64,000 nucleotides of DNA from Raillietiella orientalis (taxonomy: Eukaryota), in the NCBI GenBank assembly GCA_036172245.1, contig JAYWIR010000038.1, positions 1,860,001 through 1,924,000 on the forward strand. The letters run 5' to 3'. The translations under genes and the position numbers were made by a program. The notes below the pieces were generated by a model that saw only the letters and a program-made list of their open reading frames with translations, did no database searches and was not told the origin of the DNA. Numbering within the stretch: the stretch's first letter is position 1; each line of letters starts with the position of its first letter. Below are positions 36,568 through 49,309 of this stretch, piece after piece.

Positions 36568-37560
36568 CTGAAACACAAGAACGGAAAAGTCCTGCAGAGG
36601 GGACCGAGAAGAGCAAGCATAGATAGAGAGGGAGGGGGGGAATGGGGGGATCTTTGTTTGTGTGTGGCACCTATGCTGAACCGTGGAAGAAGAATAACAG
36701 GGAAGGAGGAACGAGAGGAAGGACGAGGGGGAACGCGTAAGGGTGAGAAAGGCAGGAGGCTGCTGCGCAACCCCGTCTGCCCCGGACTTCGCGCGCTGGA
36801 AGCTTCTGGAGAGGGGGCGCACGCTGTGTGGGGCCGCTGGTTCTCCAGGGAGCATCCTGGTCGCTTCTTCTGAGATTGCTTTCCGGGACGGGAAAGAATC
36901 AAATAAGGAAGTGGTGGTAGTGGAGGGAGGAGGAAAGGAGGAAGGGTAGAGGAAAGGATAAAAGGAGGACAAGAAGGAGGAAAGTGGGGTCGTTCGCGGG
37001 GGACGCTAGCAGCGGGAAGCTGACCGATCTGTGCGTGGGGTCGAGGAGGGCGTTGGCAGGAGTACAGGCGAAAGCACAGTCGTCGCATTCCTCCGCGGCT
37101 GTTTGGTTCGGCCGGCTCGAGGATCTGAGGCAGCTTCCCCTCTCCCCTTAGACAGGGGGCGAGTTCGCGCGGAGACGGCGCGGTTACGACCGCGGAGTCC
37201 CTCGTGAGCTTCACTACCTCTGGGCCGCGGGGACTTTTTTGTTAAATGTCCTCAGGACCCCTGCGCCCGATTTCGTTCGGCGAGGTCTGGTGCGTCTTCT
37301 TCCCGTTCCCTCAAGGCTATTTATTCTCCGGTCCATGGCGCCGGGGACGTTTCCCAATTTTCTGGCCGCAACTCCGAGGCGGATCCGCGCGCGCGCGCAC
37401 GAAACGGCTACCGGACGGACGTGTGCCGTGTTCTTCAGATGCATGCGAGCTCCGCAGGACCAGCGACAGATGGACACTCAAGGAGCGCAGGGAGGCGGTG
37501 CGAAGGTTTCAGGTCACGTCCGTCGATGAGCTTCCCAAAGAGCTCAGAGCGGGGCTCAGG

Positions 37561-38141
37561 GGATCCGAGGCGGTCGAGCTCATCGAGACGCCCACACATC
37601 CCACATCCCTCCTCCAACTTGATCGGCAAGAAGCGACCAGGATGGAAACTTTTTTGTGTGTTTGTTTTCTCTTCAAGTTGAATAATAAATAAACCCATCC
37701 GGTCTGCTTTCTTTTTGCTTCACAGTGGCATAATAAACATTTCCTGCTGTTATAACATTTTACAGCTTTTATAAATTCTATCAGATTTATAACCTATAGG
37801 ACTCATATAACGTGGATTCGTATAACAAGGAACGCGTTATACGGGAGCCTGCTGTACTCCTTTTCATCCTGCAAACAGAGGAACTTATCCCACTGACGGT
37901 AGTGCTCTGACTGGTGATATCATGCACACCAGCATTCCATGGGGTGGCAAGCGTTAAGAACGACGTGTCCATCCCAACAGATCGGGCTCTCCACTGTCCA
38001 CGAACACTGCTCGTCCGTCTTTCCCGCTCTAGAAAGCTCCTGCCTTCGCTCTTTCCCATTAATTGGTCCCTTCTTGGCGATCAAGTTGGAGGAGGGATGT
38101 GGGATGTGTGGGCGTCTCAATGAGCGACCGCCTCGGATTCC
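37561..38141. repeat. ~80-bp inverted repeat pair enclosing ~420 bp (MITE-like)
   Basis: 37561-37639 (ggatccgaggcggtcg..gagacgcccacacatcccacatccctcctccaacttgatcg..) is the near-exact reverse complement of ~38064-38141. Confidence 0.8.
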
Positions 38142-38354
38142 TTTATATAATCCATTTATACAATTCCATAATGGTTTCGTCTGTATCATCCTCGTTGTTG
38201 AGAAGAGCGTCTTCTTGATCTGTTTCATTCACGGAAATTTGAATGAGGTGGAATTTAATCCACTCAAAATCACGTGCTTGCGTTCCTTTCCAAAACAGCC
38301 AAGCTGACTGCATGCCACGAAATTACAACTTGTCCACACCGTCCTACAGGGCTA

Positions 38355-38432
38355 ATTGACCGCGTTATACGAGAGCAGTCGCAGCTTTTCCATCGCGTTA
38401 TACGAATCCTCGTTACACGAGGGTCTACTGTA
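38355..38432. mobile_element. pogo/Tigger-like terminal inverted repeat remnant (related mini-element at ~37790-37856)
   Basis: Reverse complement reads TA-CAGTAGACCCTCGTGTAACGAGGATTCGTATAACGCG, a typical pogo-type end with TA target. Confidence 0.5.
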
Positions 38433-38799
38433 AAGCGCAGCAAATTGTAGAAACACATGTGGATTGCACCCCGAAGGAAAGAAGGAGCCGCGTCTTGGTG
38501 GTGGCTGTGTTTTCTGGTCTGCATGAGGAGAGTAAGCAGCACGTGAATGAGGACCCCTTCTACCACTGATGTCCAGTACAACAGCGATCTTACCTTGAAA
38601 CCACTCAGATAACTCGAAGACTTGCCATGGGGCTTCATTGGCTTCCGGAAAAAGTTTTCTTTGTTTTCTTCGTAGGAGCAAAACCACTTGGACACTTTCT
38701 GAAAGAGAGAGAGAGAGAGAGAAAACGAATAAAAAAGCAGAAGACAAAAACACGATGCTCTTCCCAAGCCCAGGAGTGTTTGCGCCTACGTTTCAGGGA

Positions 38800-39200
38800 G
38801 TCCTGAGGAAACGGTTGCCTTAGAAGCAAATCCCATCTGGAAGTGTGGGATGACTGTCTCTTGGGCCACGGCACGTTTCCTTTCCCTCTATTTTGATGAA
38901 AGACCTGAAGATGCTCTTCCTTGTTTCCGGAGGCAACGATCAAGTTGAAGAGCAAACACCGTCACACTAATGCAGCAGGTGCTGCAGAAGAACCCAAACG
39001 CGTGATTCTGCAAGGTGCGCACCAGGACGGAGGATGCACACGGAACGTTGCCACGCAACGAGACCCTTCTCACGCGCGGTCGGATGCCATCCCACCGCCG
39101 TCGGGGACATCCTGTGGCACTGCTGAAGGCTCGAGCGCCGAAAATGCGAGCGAACAAACGGGAGTCGGAGGAGGAGGCAGAAGAGACCTCGACGCAAGCC
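38800..39200 (+). mobile_element. Harbinger-like transposase C-terminal remnant
   Basis: LLGHGTFPF (~LLGDSAFPL) and HPTAVGDILWHC (~P..V..II.ACC.LHN); weak. Confidence 0.3.
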
Positions 39201-40487
39201 GTCATTTCGTCTCGAAGACCCCAGCGTGCGCCCGCTGACAAACCAAGGGTGCTCTTTCGCTTGCTGAGTCGCCGTGACTTCCGCGCGCACAACCGCGTGT
39301 TTCAGACACCGGAAAACAAGGACGATGCCGCGAAACAAGCACCACCAGTGATGGCCTCCCCTCGTCTTGTGACGCATCACTGGGAGCATCCTCGTAATGT
39401 ACACAGTGATTCGCGTGACGGAAACCAGCAGGGGACATACAATTGTGGTGAAGAATCAAGCAGTGATGGTCACGGAGCCAGTCGGATCATCGGATGTTTC
39501 TTTTTGCTTGTAAATTCGGAAGAAACAGAGTTTTTGTTGCATCAGTGCTAACTGACAGCGTAGCATGCTTGGCTTTCGGAACACTTCTCGTGCTCCAGAT
39601 GGCAATCGCGGATAGATACACACGCAAGCTTAAACCGTTTTGGAGTCCTCGACACGCCGCTTTTTGTCACGAAAGCAGCTCATGATGGGCTTTTGTGGAG
39701 CAAACTGGACACGAGAATCCCTTCCTCCGTTCATCCCAGCTGCCGGTTTCCGCTCAAAGAGTCCCTTGCTCTCACGACAAGTGTTCCCTGGAGAAGCCGC
39801 CATTTCGAAAGCGGAAGTGACTCGCTAGATCTACGCTGGGTCATCTACTGGAGCCCATCAGGAAACAACTACCGGTTGGGTTTTCACATTGGCTCGTGAG
39901 ACCTCATGACGAAGGCCACACGGAACCGCAGCTGTCGATCATGTGACGTCATTTTGAGCTGACCCGGTGTGCGCACTACGAAGTCAGCAAGAAATCATCC
40001 CCCATCAGGGAGGAACGAAGCTCTTCTGAGGCTTCACGCGTCCTTGCTATTGGCAACAAAGCAGAAAGGCAACTGATTCCTTTCTCTCTCTCTCCCCTCC
40101 ATCCCTCAGAGACAACATTTCAAGAGCTCACGAGGATCCACTTCATGGGAAAGCATCGCGCGACCTTCGATAGGAACCCTGCGAGAAACAAAGGGAAAAA
40201 ACATAAACAAACAAGCTGATCGTCTATCAGCATCCCGCGTAAACACAGCTGGCAACGAAGTCTGAAAGTAAATCTGCCAGAGGAATTGTAGCAATAGAGA
40301 CGGGTCTCGCTAGCTCTCCAGCTGTGAAAGCAATGCATCAGTGCAGGAAAGCGTTGCTAAGGAACGGAGCTCGAGGTGATGTAACCGAGCTGCATGCATC
40401 GACTCTTACCCATACCAAGTTGTCCTGTCATGGGGGGAGGGGGGTCATGGGTAGGTAAGGGGAGGTAGAAGGACCAGGGAGTCTCAC

Positions 40488-40699
40488 CTTGTTTTCGCCT
40501 CTGGCGCTGGCCATCTGAGGGCAGAATGCTGTGGTTTCCGGTAGAGGGGCAGCCATTTCCAGAAGGGCAGAGGGCTTCCTAAGGGACGCTTCCTGTTTTT
40601 TCCTTCTGGGCAGCTTCCCCCAGGCGTAGGCCACAGCACCCAAGGTCACTAGGCAGGATAACGTTGCCGCTACCAACCAGACGATGGCTTCCGGGTGTT
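40488..40699 (-). CDS. Synaptotagmin-like gene, transmembrane exon (start-codon exon not identified)
   Basis: HPEAIVWLVAATLSCLVTLGAVAYAWGKLPRRKK: a hydrophobic helix followed by basic residues. Acceptor cttgcag, donor gtgaga; phase 0 end matches the next exon. Confidence 0.75.
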
Positions 40700-41369
40700 C
40701 TGCAAGATGGTGCGTCTCAGGGTGCGAGTCGGACGCGATCGGTGGCCTCCACCCCTTTTTCCCTCAACCCGCTTCCGCGTCCCCTTGTTTCTGCGCCCGG
40801 CTCCTGCTTTTGGCACCGGTTAATTCAGAGCTCTTCCCGTCCTGTGTCCCGAGATGGCCAGGTGACGTAACAGCACCCCGAGCTGCCGCCGGCTGGAACG
40901 GCGTCATCACTGGCGCAGGATCGGGAGAGGAAAGCGAGTACATGAGAACCAAGCAACTGGTTCTCCGACAGCAGATATCCCCTCCTCCGCTTGCCGTCTC
41001 CTCTTTCTCGCACTCTCTCACCGTTTTTTTTTTTTTTTTTAGCTCTTGCACAAACTATACGGGTGATCCAAAGCTATCATAGGAGCGTTTCCTCCCCTCG
41101 GTGCTGAGTCGAGGCTCGAAAGTGATCATCGCTTTCTCAGTTCCTTCTGAGCTTCCGCCTCCGAGGACCTATGCCACGATCACGTGACATCCACAGCTTC
41201 GCGCGGGGTCGATTGCCGGGGTTATGCGAGGGCTGTCGCACTTTCCCGTCGCGTTGTACGAAACCCGGAGTTACGCGGGGATCTGCCCGACGTTTCCGTG
41301 CAATCGCGACCACTGCTAAAAGCTCTCCCTGACTCCTCGTCTGCTTTGCTGTTACACAGTAACGTATTT

Positions 41370-42710
41370 TTTTTCCTTTTACGCTCGAGAGGGAACCTCG
41401 AAGAGAACCTCTTCCTTATTCTCTCCGGAGGGAACCCACCCTGGTTTGTGGAGGGGCTCTCTCCTGGTTTCTTCTCCGAAGAGAACCCGGAGAGGATCCT
41501 CTCCTGGAATTTATTCTCTGAAGGGAACTCACTCGCAAGGGAACCCAGAGGAGCTCTCCCCAAAGAAACACTTCCAGATTTCTCTGAAGGGAGCAGCGCG
41601 CTTCTTGACACTGGTGAGGTATCGTTCCACTAGCTCTTCCATGGTACGAGGTGTACGGTTCCATTTGGACAACCGAAGGGGAATTCCGAAGGGAACAGAC
41701 TTCTTGATGTCCTGGAAGGACCCTGGAGGATCAACCTCCAATCGCGACCAGTCGACGGGGGTATCCGATTTCTACCAGTGCGGCCCCCAGGGCGTGCTAC
41801 TGGGTATTTCGGAGGAAGACCTCCAGTGGCTCCCGGTGCTCATGAACACCCTCACTCTCCCCTTGAAGTGACAGGAGTCGGCATTGATGCTGCTGCACTG
41901 GGGACTCCTGTGAAGCTCCCGCCGGCATCAGTGGACACGGGGGGAGGGGTGGACTCGAACTGTGCAAGGTGTGGGGAGCGAGAATCCCTCCCTCACTTCC
42001 TAGTGGATTATGTTGTTCTTCGGCCCCTTTGGAGATGCTTTGCCGCGATCCTTGAGACCCTCGGCGGCAACCACAGAGACATTATAAAGTGCCTCTTCCT
42101 GCGCGGCTCCCTCTTGCAGGCCGCATCCCCAGCAGCACTTTCTGTCCACGCGGCGAGACCGTAGCTGCATGAAGCAGCTCCAGAGGAGACCAGGACGACA
42201 GAGAAGTCATCTATTCTGCTGTCCTCTTCATGAGGACAGCGTCGAGATGGTCCCATCTGGGAACAGTGAAACAGGAAATTGCCGGCATCCTCACAAGGAT
42301 GCAAAGGACAATCTCCAGCACACAGTGATCCCTTCCCAATCCCTCCAATTTTTGTGATCGTATGTTTTCTGGTTTATTTTTTTTTCTTTTTGTTTGTCTC
42401 TCCCTTCCCCTGTGCTGCCGAGGCGAACCCTGCTGGCGTGCGTGCCTGTTCCCGGCAGGTTCTTCTCGCAGTTGTAAGTAACATGACAGGATCAAATGTC
42501 CTGCCACAGACATGCATGTTTATTTTTTACAAATAAACACCCGGCGTGACCGGGTGTCAACCAGTGCCGCGCCGAAAGCCGACCGGGGCCAACCATCGTC
42601 ATCTTGCGGGGGAGACACGAACCAACGACCCATCCCCCGTTCTCGGCGTCGATCCTTCCTCGGGAGGGATTCGAGCCCGCAACGCTTGGCACCACGAGCG
42701 GAGGCCGCCC
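41370..42710 (-). mobile_element. SINE-like repeat copy split by an insertion (body 41370-41781, head 42560-42710)
   Basis: Body blocks shared with other copies; head has a B-box in reverse (gggattcgagcccgc at ~42666). Confidence 0.65.
41782..42559 (+). mobile_element. 3' fragment of a non-LTR retrotransposon (L1/Tx1-like CCHC knuckle)
   Basis: CARCGERESLPHFLVDYVVLRPLW (~C..CG..ESL.H.L..C...R.LW); aataaa near the 3' end; flanked by accagtgc on both sides. Confidence 0.55.
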
Positions 42711-44869
42711 ACGCGGGCTTGCTTTGCATACAGGAAACGGTACTTTTTCGGAGAGGCGACCGCTGTAGAACTACGCGGCGCTCTTGCATGTCGGCCCAGC
42801 AATAGCTGCGCAGACTGCAGGTCGCCTCAACATGATAGTCGGAAACCTCCGGAGCCGCGGTTCAAAGCGTCGGTTCCTTTGGCACCTTTTTTGTCACTGC
42901 CGCGTCACCTTGGAGAGAGCCCGAATCGAGACGCTTCAGCCCGTGGGGCCACCTCGCTTTTTTTTTTTTCGGAGTTCGCCCTCAGCGCAAGGTCGACTTC
43001 ATTTACTCCAGCAAAACGACTGACGTTCGATGCGGATCCACAGAAGCGGAATGACGTGCGAAAGCGACGAGGCGACGCGCGCACATAATGTCCGCTGACG
43101 CCTTCAAGGCATTTGAACTGGCATCCGCCTCCGGGATCTGGCGTAGTTTCGTGAGCACTTCGTTGCCATGCATCACTAGAGCTCTGGTTCCCGGTCCCCC
43201 TCCCTCCTCCTCCGACCGTCTACTCCTTTGTCTCCTCTACGAGACAGTCTCCGCCCGACGTCCTCGCAAATGTACCCATGGCACGCAAGCAGTCTCTCAG
43301 AGTACGTCGCCAACTTCGTGATTGGCCGCTAACCGCTCTTGTTTGAGGGCATGTGAAAATGCTCCAACAAATGTAATTTATCCCACTGCCGCACCACCGT
43401 ATCGCCTCGTTTTCCTCCCGCGTCCGGCGTTGCGGTGGCCACCTTCACGGTGAGGAAGGGACGGCCCGGAATCTTCCTGCAACTGCTTTTCGCAGTGGCA
43501 GGAATCTGCGTCGTGGCGCAGAGAGGACTAGCGCCGCCGTCCCCGGGAAATGACATGGCCATCGAGAACGGATGAGGCGCCACCCCCTCACCGCCGAGGA
43601 ACCGAGGTGGTAGTGCTGGAGCTCTCTCTCTCCCTTACGACGATGCAATGAGGACCGCGTGCGCGCAGTCATCATCTTGGGAATTCCGGGATCGACTGCA
43701 CGATGGGACGCAGCCAGGCCTGGAAGGAGTCGCGGACGCATATGGGAGACCGGGCCTTGCTCAACGACTTCCGGACCGATCCTTCCCGTCTTCACTCCCG
43801 CGCGACAGAGTCCACGGGACCCTTCTTCTCCTCCCACCGTGGAGGATTCTAGAAAGTTCCTCTGCGGAGACTGGGATTCCAAGATTATGGAGGTGGAGGA
43901 CGCAGACGGAGAAAGGGGCAAGGAACAAGATGATATCATTTTGATGACAACGATCCCCCGAGATCTGCAGCGGCTGCCTCTGAGCTTCCTGCCTCCGTGA
44001 GAGCTTAAGCAGGGAAAGAGCGTCTATCTGGTGACCTCGATGGGTCATCACTAAACCAAATCTTTTGCCTCAGCGTAAACTTGCGCCGCTTCTTCCCGTG
44101 AGGGTTTTCTCACTCAGGGGGGAAACAGCAGGTAGTGGGTCGCGACGCTGGTCGGGAGGCAGCGACCTCGGTCCACACTTAGGCGTCGATCACCCCACAC
44201 GATGACTTTGGGATGCGCTTTTGCCACGAGGAGAGTTATCTGCCACCCGAAGCGCTCGAGCCACGATTCAGCCTAACTTGTTCAGAGCAGATCTCCCCCA
44301 CGTTTCAGACTTCACGAGTGGGGCTGTGGATGCTGGAAAGAGCACGCGTCCGGCTTATTCAGAGCGCTCCCTTTTCGCCACTCTAGCCCTAGGACTTTCA
44401 GGGTCAAATCGATCGGTACCTTTCATCGGCCTCTCATCGGCATTTGGAAACCACAGGCTGGAGCTGCGTTTCCAATCGCGGCATCAGTCGACCGAGAATT
44501 GGGGAGCCCTCGCTTTCCTTGGGCGCCGGGGTCACAGCCGGTGGTCGCAGCCGATGCACCCTGCAGTGTGTTGCCACACGCATGTCCACTCGGGGGCGCA
44601 ACCCCCTCTCTCTTCTGCTCTCGCACCTTTCCTTCCTTTGAGTGACCCTCCAACGACCACAGCGACTTGAAACCTTCCAGAAAAATTGTGCATCGCATCG
44701 TGGCACACCTCACGCTGTCTCACAAAACACCTCGCCACGCTGCGGTACGTCGCGGCGCATCGGATGAGAAGGAACGCCGCGTTGTTCCGCTTCTTGCGTC
44801 TCCATAACATCCGCCAGACCAACGATCAGTACCTTCCCTGGAGATTCACATTTCCGGACAACTCAGAGC

Positions 44870-45200
44870 AGAAGATGAAGGTGAAGTTTTTGTTTTAGAT
44901 GATAATGAGATTTTGTTTTCGACGATGAAATTTGTTCCAGATGAAGATGAAGTTTTTTCCGAGATGAGGATGAAGCCTTTTTCCGGATGAAGATGAAGTT
45001 CTGTTGTTCCAGATGAAGACAAAGTTTTTTCCCAGGTGAAGATGAATTTTTTTTTTTTTTAGATAATAATGAGGTTTTTGTTCCAGATGAGGATGAAATT
45101 TTGTTCCTGGATGAAGATGAAGTTTTTTCCTGAACAATAATGAAGTTTTGCTCTCGATGGTACTGAAATTTTGTTCCAGATGAAGTTTTTTTCCAGATCC
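44870..45200. repeat. Degenerate minisatellite (~GATGAAGATGAAGTTTTTTCCA units)
   Basis: Roughly a dozen imperfect gatgaa(g)..ttt(g)ttcca units in tandem. Confidence 0.8.
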
Positions 45201-45212
45201 ATCAGATATACA

Positions 45213-46193
45213 CCCTTGACGTTCCGCGAGCTCCCAAGGACTCATTGATCCAAGAGCGACTTCTTCCCTTGTAGTGTTGAAGTTCCAGGTCATCATTTGT
45301 ATCGCGTCTTCTCATTTTTGAAAAATACATCTTACAGACGATAGAGGGCAGCATTGGGGGCGTTCTCAACATGGGCTTTCGGCGCAGATCCCCGAGGCTC
45401 CGGAGGTGCCATCTCGGCGCGTTCCTCGAGAAGTCCTCTTCTGATGACGAAGTGGTATATTTGCATATATGAAGACCACCAAAGAGTTGAGAAAAGAAAG
45501 ACTTGTAAACAGTTGCTAGTTATAGCGCACGGACAGGAATGGTGATTTCGCTACCAAGAAACGCCTTCCTGAATGTCAAGCTGTGGCACGAGCAAGCAAG
45601 GGAGTTCCCCGTTTCCTTTTCGTACCTACCGGTACGAGGAGGACGTTCCGGAAGCTTCCAGAAAGGTTCGATGCGTTCTCGACCTTCCCGAGCTCTTCTG
45701 TGGATCTGGCCTCATTCGCCCGTGCACGTTTCAACCCAGCAAATCTGCTTCCAGCAGATTCCCAGGCTACTTCTCTTGGAGATAAGATGAAGCACACGGG
45801 AAGACAAATCTCCCTTATCCTGCAAGATGACGTGGGAAACCAGAGAAAATCGATCCTCGCGTTTGCAACCTCTGCTGCTTTGCAATGCGATATGCTGGTG
45901 GGAGATGCCTGTGCATCAAGGAAGCTTTCGAAGACGGACCTTGCACTCTGGAAAAACGTGCAGCAACAGAGGATGTGGATGATGAGACGTCCTCCTCTGG
46001 GATTCTTATTTTTTCGGTTTGTTTCAGAGTTCCAGTCCGAGCTTTGTCGCAAGGGAGCTGGGAGACCCGCGGAGGTTGTGCTGCGGTGTCGGACCCTACC
46101 CTGGAGTGATGACCTGGGACTTCAACGAGACTAGAAGGGAAGAAGTCGTGCTTCAATCAGTGAGTCCTTGGGAGTTTGCGGGACGTCAAAGGG
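45213..46193. repeat. ~85-bp diverged inverted repeat pair (45213-45295 / 46107-46193)
   Basis: Arms align in reverse complement; seen in the ORF track as MTWNFNTTREEVALGSMSPWELAERQ (-) vs MTWDFNETRREEVVLQSVSPWEFAGRQ (+). Confidence 0.75.
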
Positions 46194-46879
46194 AGGAGAA
46201 GCCAAGGTGGAGAACCCTTGCATCTTGGCGTCCACGTCAGGGCGCAATCCAAGATCGAAGACGGAGTGAAGACTCGAAAAGTATCTGGGATGAGGGAAGG
46301 AGGCCAGTCTAGATTCCCGTTGTTGTCAGGAGAGCGGCAAACTTTGGCGCTCTTTTTCTTGAGCGCCGGTGGAGAGCACCACGCTCGGAACTGTACAACA
46401 CAATGCAGCGCCATCCACGGACGAGAGAGCTTCCCAGCCTTCGAACGCAAAAGACTCCTTGCAGAAGGTGGGCAAAAGAAAAAAAAAACAAAGAAAAAGA
46501 AACTGAAGACGTTGCTCTTGCGCTCTCGGACTGCTTGGGAGCTGTCCACTCACCCACTATGAGGTTCCGACGTGAACCTCAAGGTGCCTCTTAGCGACAA
46601 GGAACTGGGAAACGCCTCAGGTTGAAGCGCTGAACGGCGGCTGCCTCCCCTCCTGGGAGGAACAAGGCGGCATCCATGAGAGCGGATTGGAAGAAACGCC
46701 GCAGGATCGGAGAGACCCTCAAGTGCAATCGAAGTGTCAGGAGGCTCAGCCTAACTTGACGGGAATCGAATTACCCCCCCCCTCCCTCCCACTCTTTCTC
46801 TCTCCTCGCTGGTAGCTTCCGGTTCCACACACTGAGATGCACGGATTAAAGAGACCCCAAGACGCTGCACGTTCCCGCC

Positions 46880-47100
46880 TGCTTGTGGAGCAATTGACTT
46901 TTCCGGTTTCGCACCTCCGTGTGTGTCAAATGCCAGGTACAAAGATCTCTCCCCGACCCCGCATCCAATGGCAACCTGCCGGGAGAACACACCACCCTGT
47001 TGCACACGAACCACTGCTGGATCTGCAAGGAAGGAAGCAGAATCGACACCTACCGGAAAGTTGACTTCCGGATGTGTCCGCGTTCTCCGTGCCTGGTAAC
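46880..47100 (+). mobile_element. Gag/ORF1-like zinc-knuckle remnant
   Basis: CVKCQ ... GEHTT ... CWICKE ... CP spacing resembles decayed tandem CCHC knuckles. Confidence 0.3.
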
Positions 47101-49309
47101 TCTGCAAGTACAAAAAAAAAAAAAAAAAACAAGAGAAATGTGAAAATCGTGTTCATTGAGGGATAGTCAAGGGAGGGAGTTTCTTTACGGGACCGCGGAT
47201 GAGCAAAAAGACCTCCTGAAAGGAGAAGTTTCTGGTGCTCCGAGTTCGAGGGAGCAGACTCTGGATGTTGAGCTCCTCACGCTGCGCATCAAAAGACACT
47301 CGTGCACGTGCACAGTCGCTCGTGCACGTCTTCGAGTTCTCCAGCGCTCGTGTGGTGAAGTCACAGTCTGGAAGCCGCCATTCCCTTGTTCGAATTCCAT
47401 CCATCGAGATCATCGACTGGACACAACGAAATCAGAGCGCGTAATCGAACGCTTTCAGGCTTGCCAGAAGACATTTCTTTTGACTGCTGTTCGGGCGAGA
47501 AGGTAACGCTGCGTTCATCCGCCGTCACCGCCGGTGGGGCTGCGTCAGCGCAAAAGGAATTCAGCATCCCGTTTCAAGCGCTTCTTAACAACAGACAAGG
47601 CGACAATCCATTAGCAACAAGAGTGCACACGATGAGCTGGCTGTCTGGACGTCAGCGATTCGAGCTCTCGGTGAGTCCTGGCTGTTTGCCTCTGGCAGTG
47701 AGACTTCGCGCGACAAACCGTGCTTATTTTCAAGATGCCAGACGAGTGGACCGATCCGCTGCTCGTCACGTCTACGAGGAGGAGGAACTGTGACCCGGAT
47801 CCCGTAATCAGGCCGAAATGCATCCCAGAAGCATGCCTTACCCCCCAGCTCATGCTACATGATGTTGCCTTATTGGAGCCCGCCTGTTCCGCAACGAAAA
47901 TGGGCGGATCCCTTCTATACAACTGCGGGTGAGCGAGTTTGCAATTTTTTCGTGAGCGAAGTTTTTTTTTTTTTTCTTAAAAAAAAAGGTATAAATAGCT
48001 GAATGGAAATGAAAGTCTTCCTGCTTTTTTCTTTTCTCTTCGGTGAATGGACGTCAGCAAATCAAAGTTGAATCGATTTCCTAGAATCACTAGAAGGACC
48101 ACGTCGTTGCGACTTGTGGCGTGAAAGCAAGAGTGGGCTCTTCCCGCTGGGGAGGTGCAAAAAGACGGGACACGCTCCCTTCGCAGGAAGAAGAGAAAGG
48201 GAAAGCAAGTGGTGCTCCGGTGACGTCATCGCGGATGACGCCATGCTGGGATCCCTTGAGGCCGAGATGAGCTGGGTGGTTGCCAGAGTAGGGACGTATG
48301 TGCTTTGTCCAGGGTGTTCTCCGTTAGCCGGACGCTCACTTGCTTGTGAAAAACGCCAGTTGTCATCGCAGGGAGGAGGGCAAGAAACAGCAACCCCCTC
48401 CCTCTCCCCTCCTCCTATCTCAGAAGTAGGGCTGGCGTTCTCCAGCTCCTGGAGACGCGCTGAATCGCTTAGGTTCTTGGCTTTCGAGTTGCAGAACTTC
48501 CGGTGAGGGTGGACGTCGGCTTCCGCAGGCCGCGGAGCAGAGGAGCCCCGCGAGCGGACCCGATGGGAGCCGCCAGACGGCACTCATCAAGCAGGGCAGC
48601 AAAAGTCTGCGTGTTCTCATCATCCGCTTGCTCCACCGCAGAGCTCGGATGCCAGCAACTGGAAGAGAGCTCACGTTCGGGCGTCCATCCAGGAAAACGG
48701 GACCACCCCCTAGCGTGGAATCCCACCGATGACCCCATGGTTGGGTTTGGTCACGTATGGTCTGTAGCAGCGTCTTTCTCTGCTGCCAGCGTGAGTTCCC
48801 GCCTGGCGAAAGATGGCCCGTGAAAGACGTGGCCTCCCGATCCCAGCTTTTTTTTTTTCCGCCTTTCGAGACCTCAGTGGCGGGGCACAGCCTCCGGCGC
48901 TAGACCAACAGCAGGTCATTCGGGTTCTAGTAGAACACCTCGGCTCGGAAACCGAGCGCAACGAGCCGCCGCCCTGCGTACTTTTGGCAACCCAATCATC
49001 CCGCCGTCACCATGAACGAAACAGTGAACGAGAATTCTGCAGTTTGAGGTCACCGTGGTGTCCGGGCACTACTGATTCCTTCTTCCCAAATGGTGCTCGA
49101 GGCGGTTCCCCTTTCGCGACTTCTCGCCGATCACGTGTTTGTTTTCAGACTTTTCCGAATGATCGGCGGCGCGCCCCATGCAGCCGCCATGCAACTGCAT
49201 CCTTGCTCCCGTCGCCGTTTCGCTCGAGGCTGCTTCCTGTGTCTTCCTGGATCTTCCGAGAGCAGCTCGTGCCACGAGATGCCTTGCTCCGTTGGGGGCC
49301 GTGCGGCTC

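Noticed and set aside
44870..45200. CRISPR-like array
   Set aside because: Degenerate tandem units without unique spacers, eukaryotic context, no cas genes.
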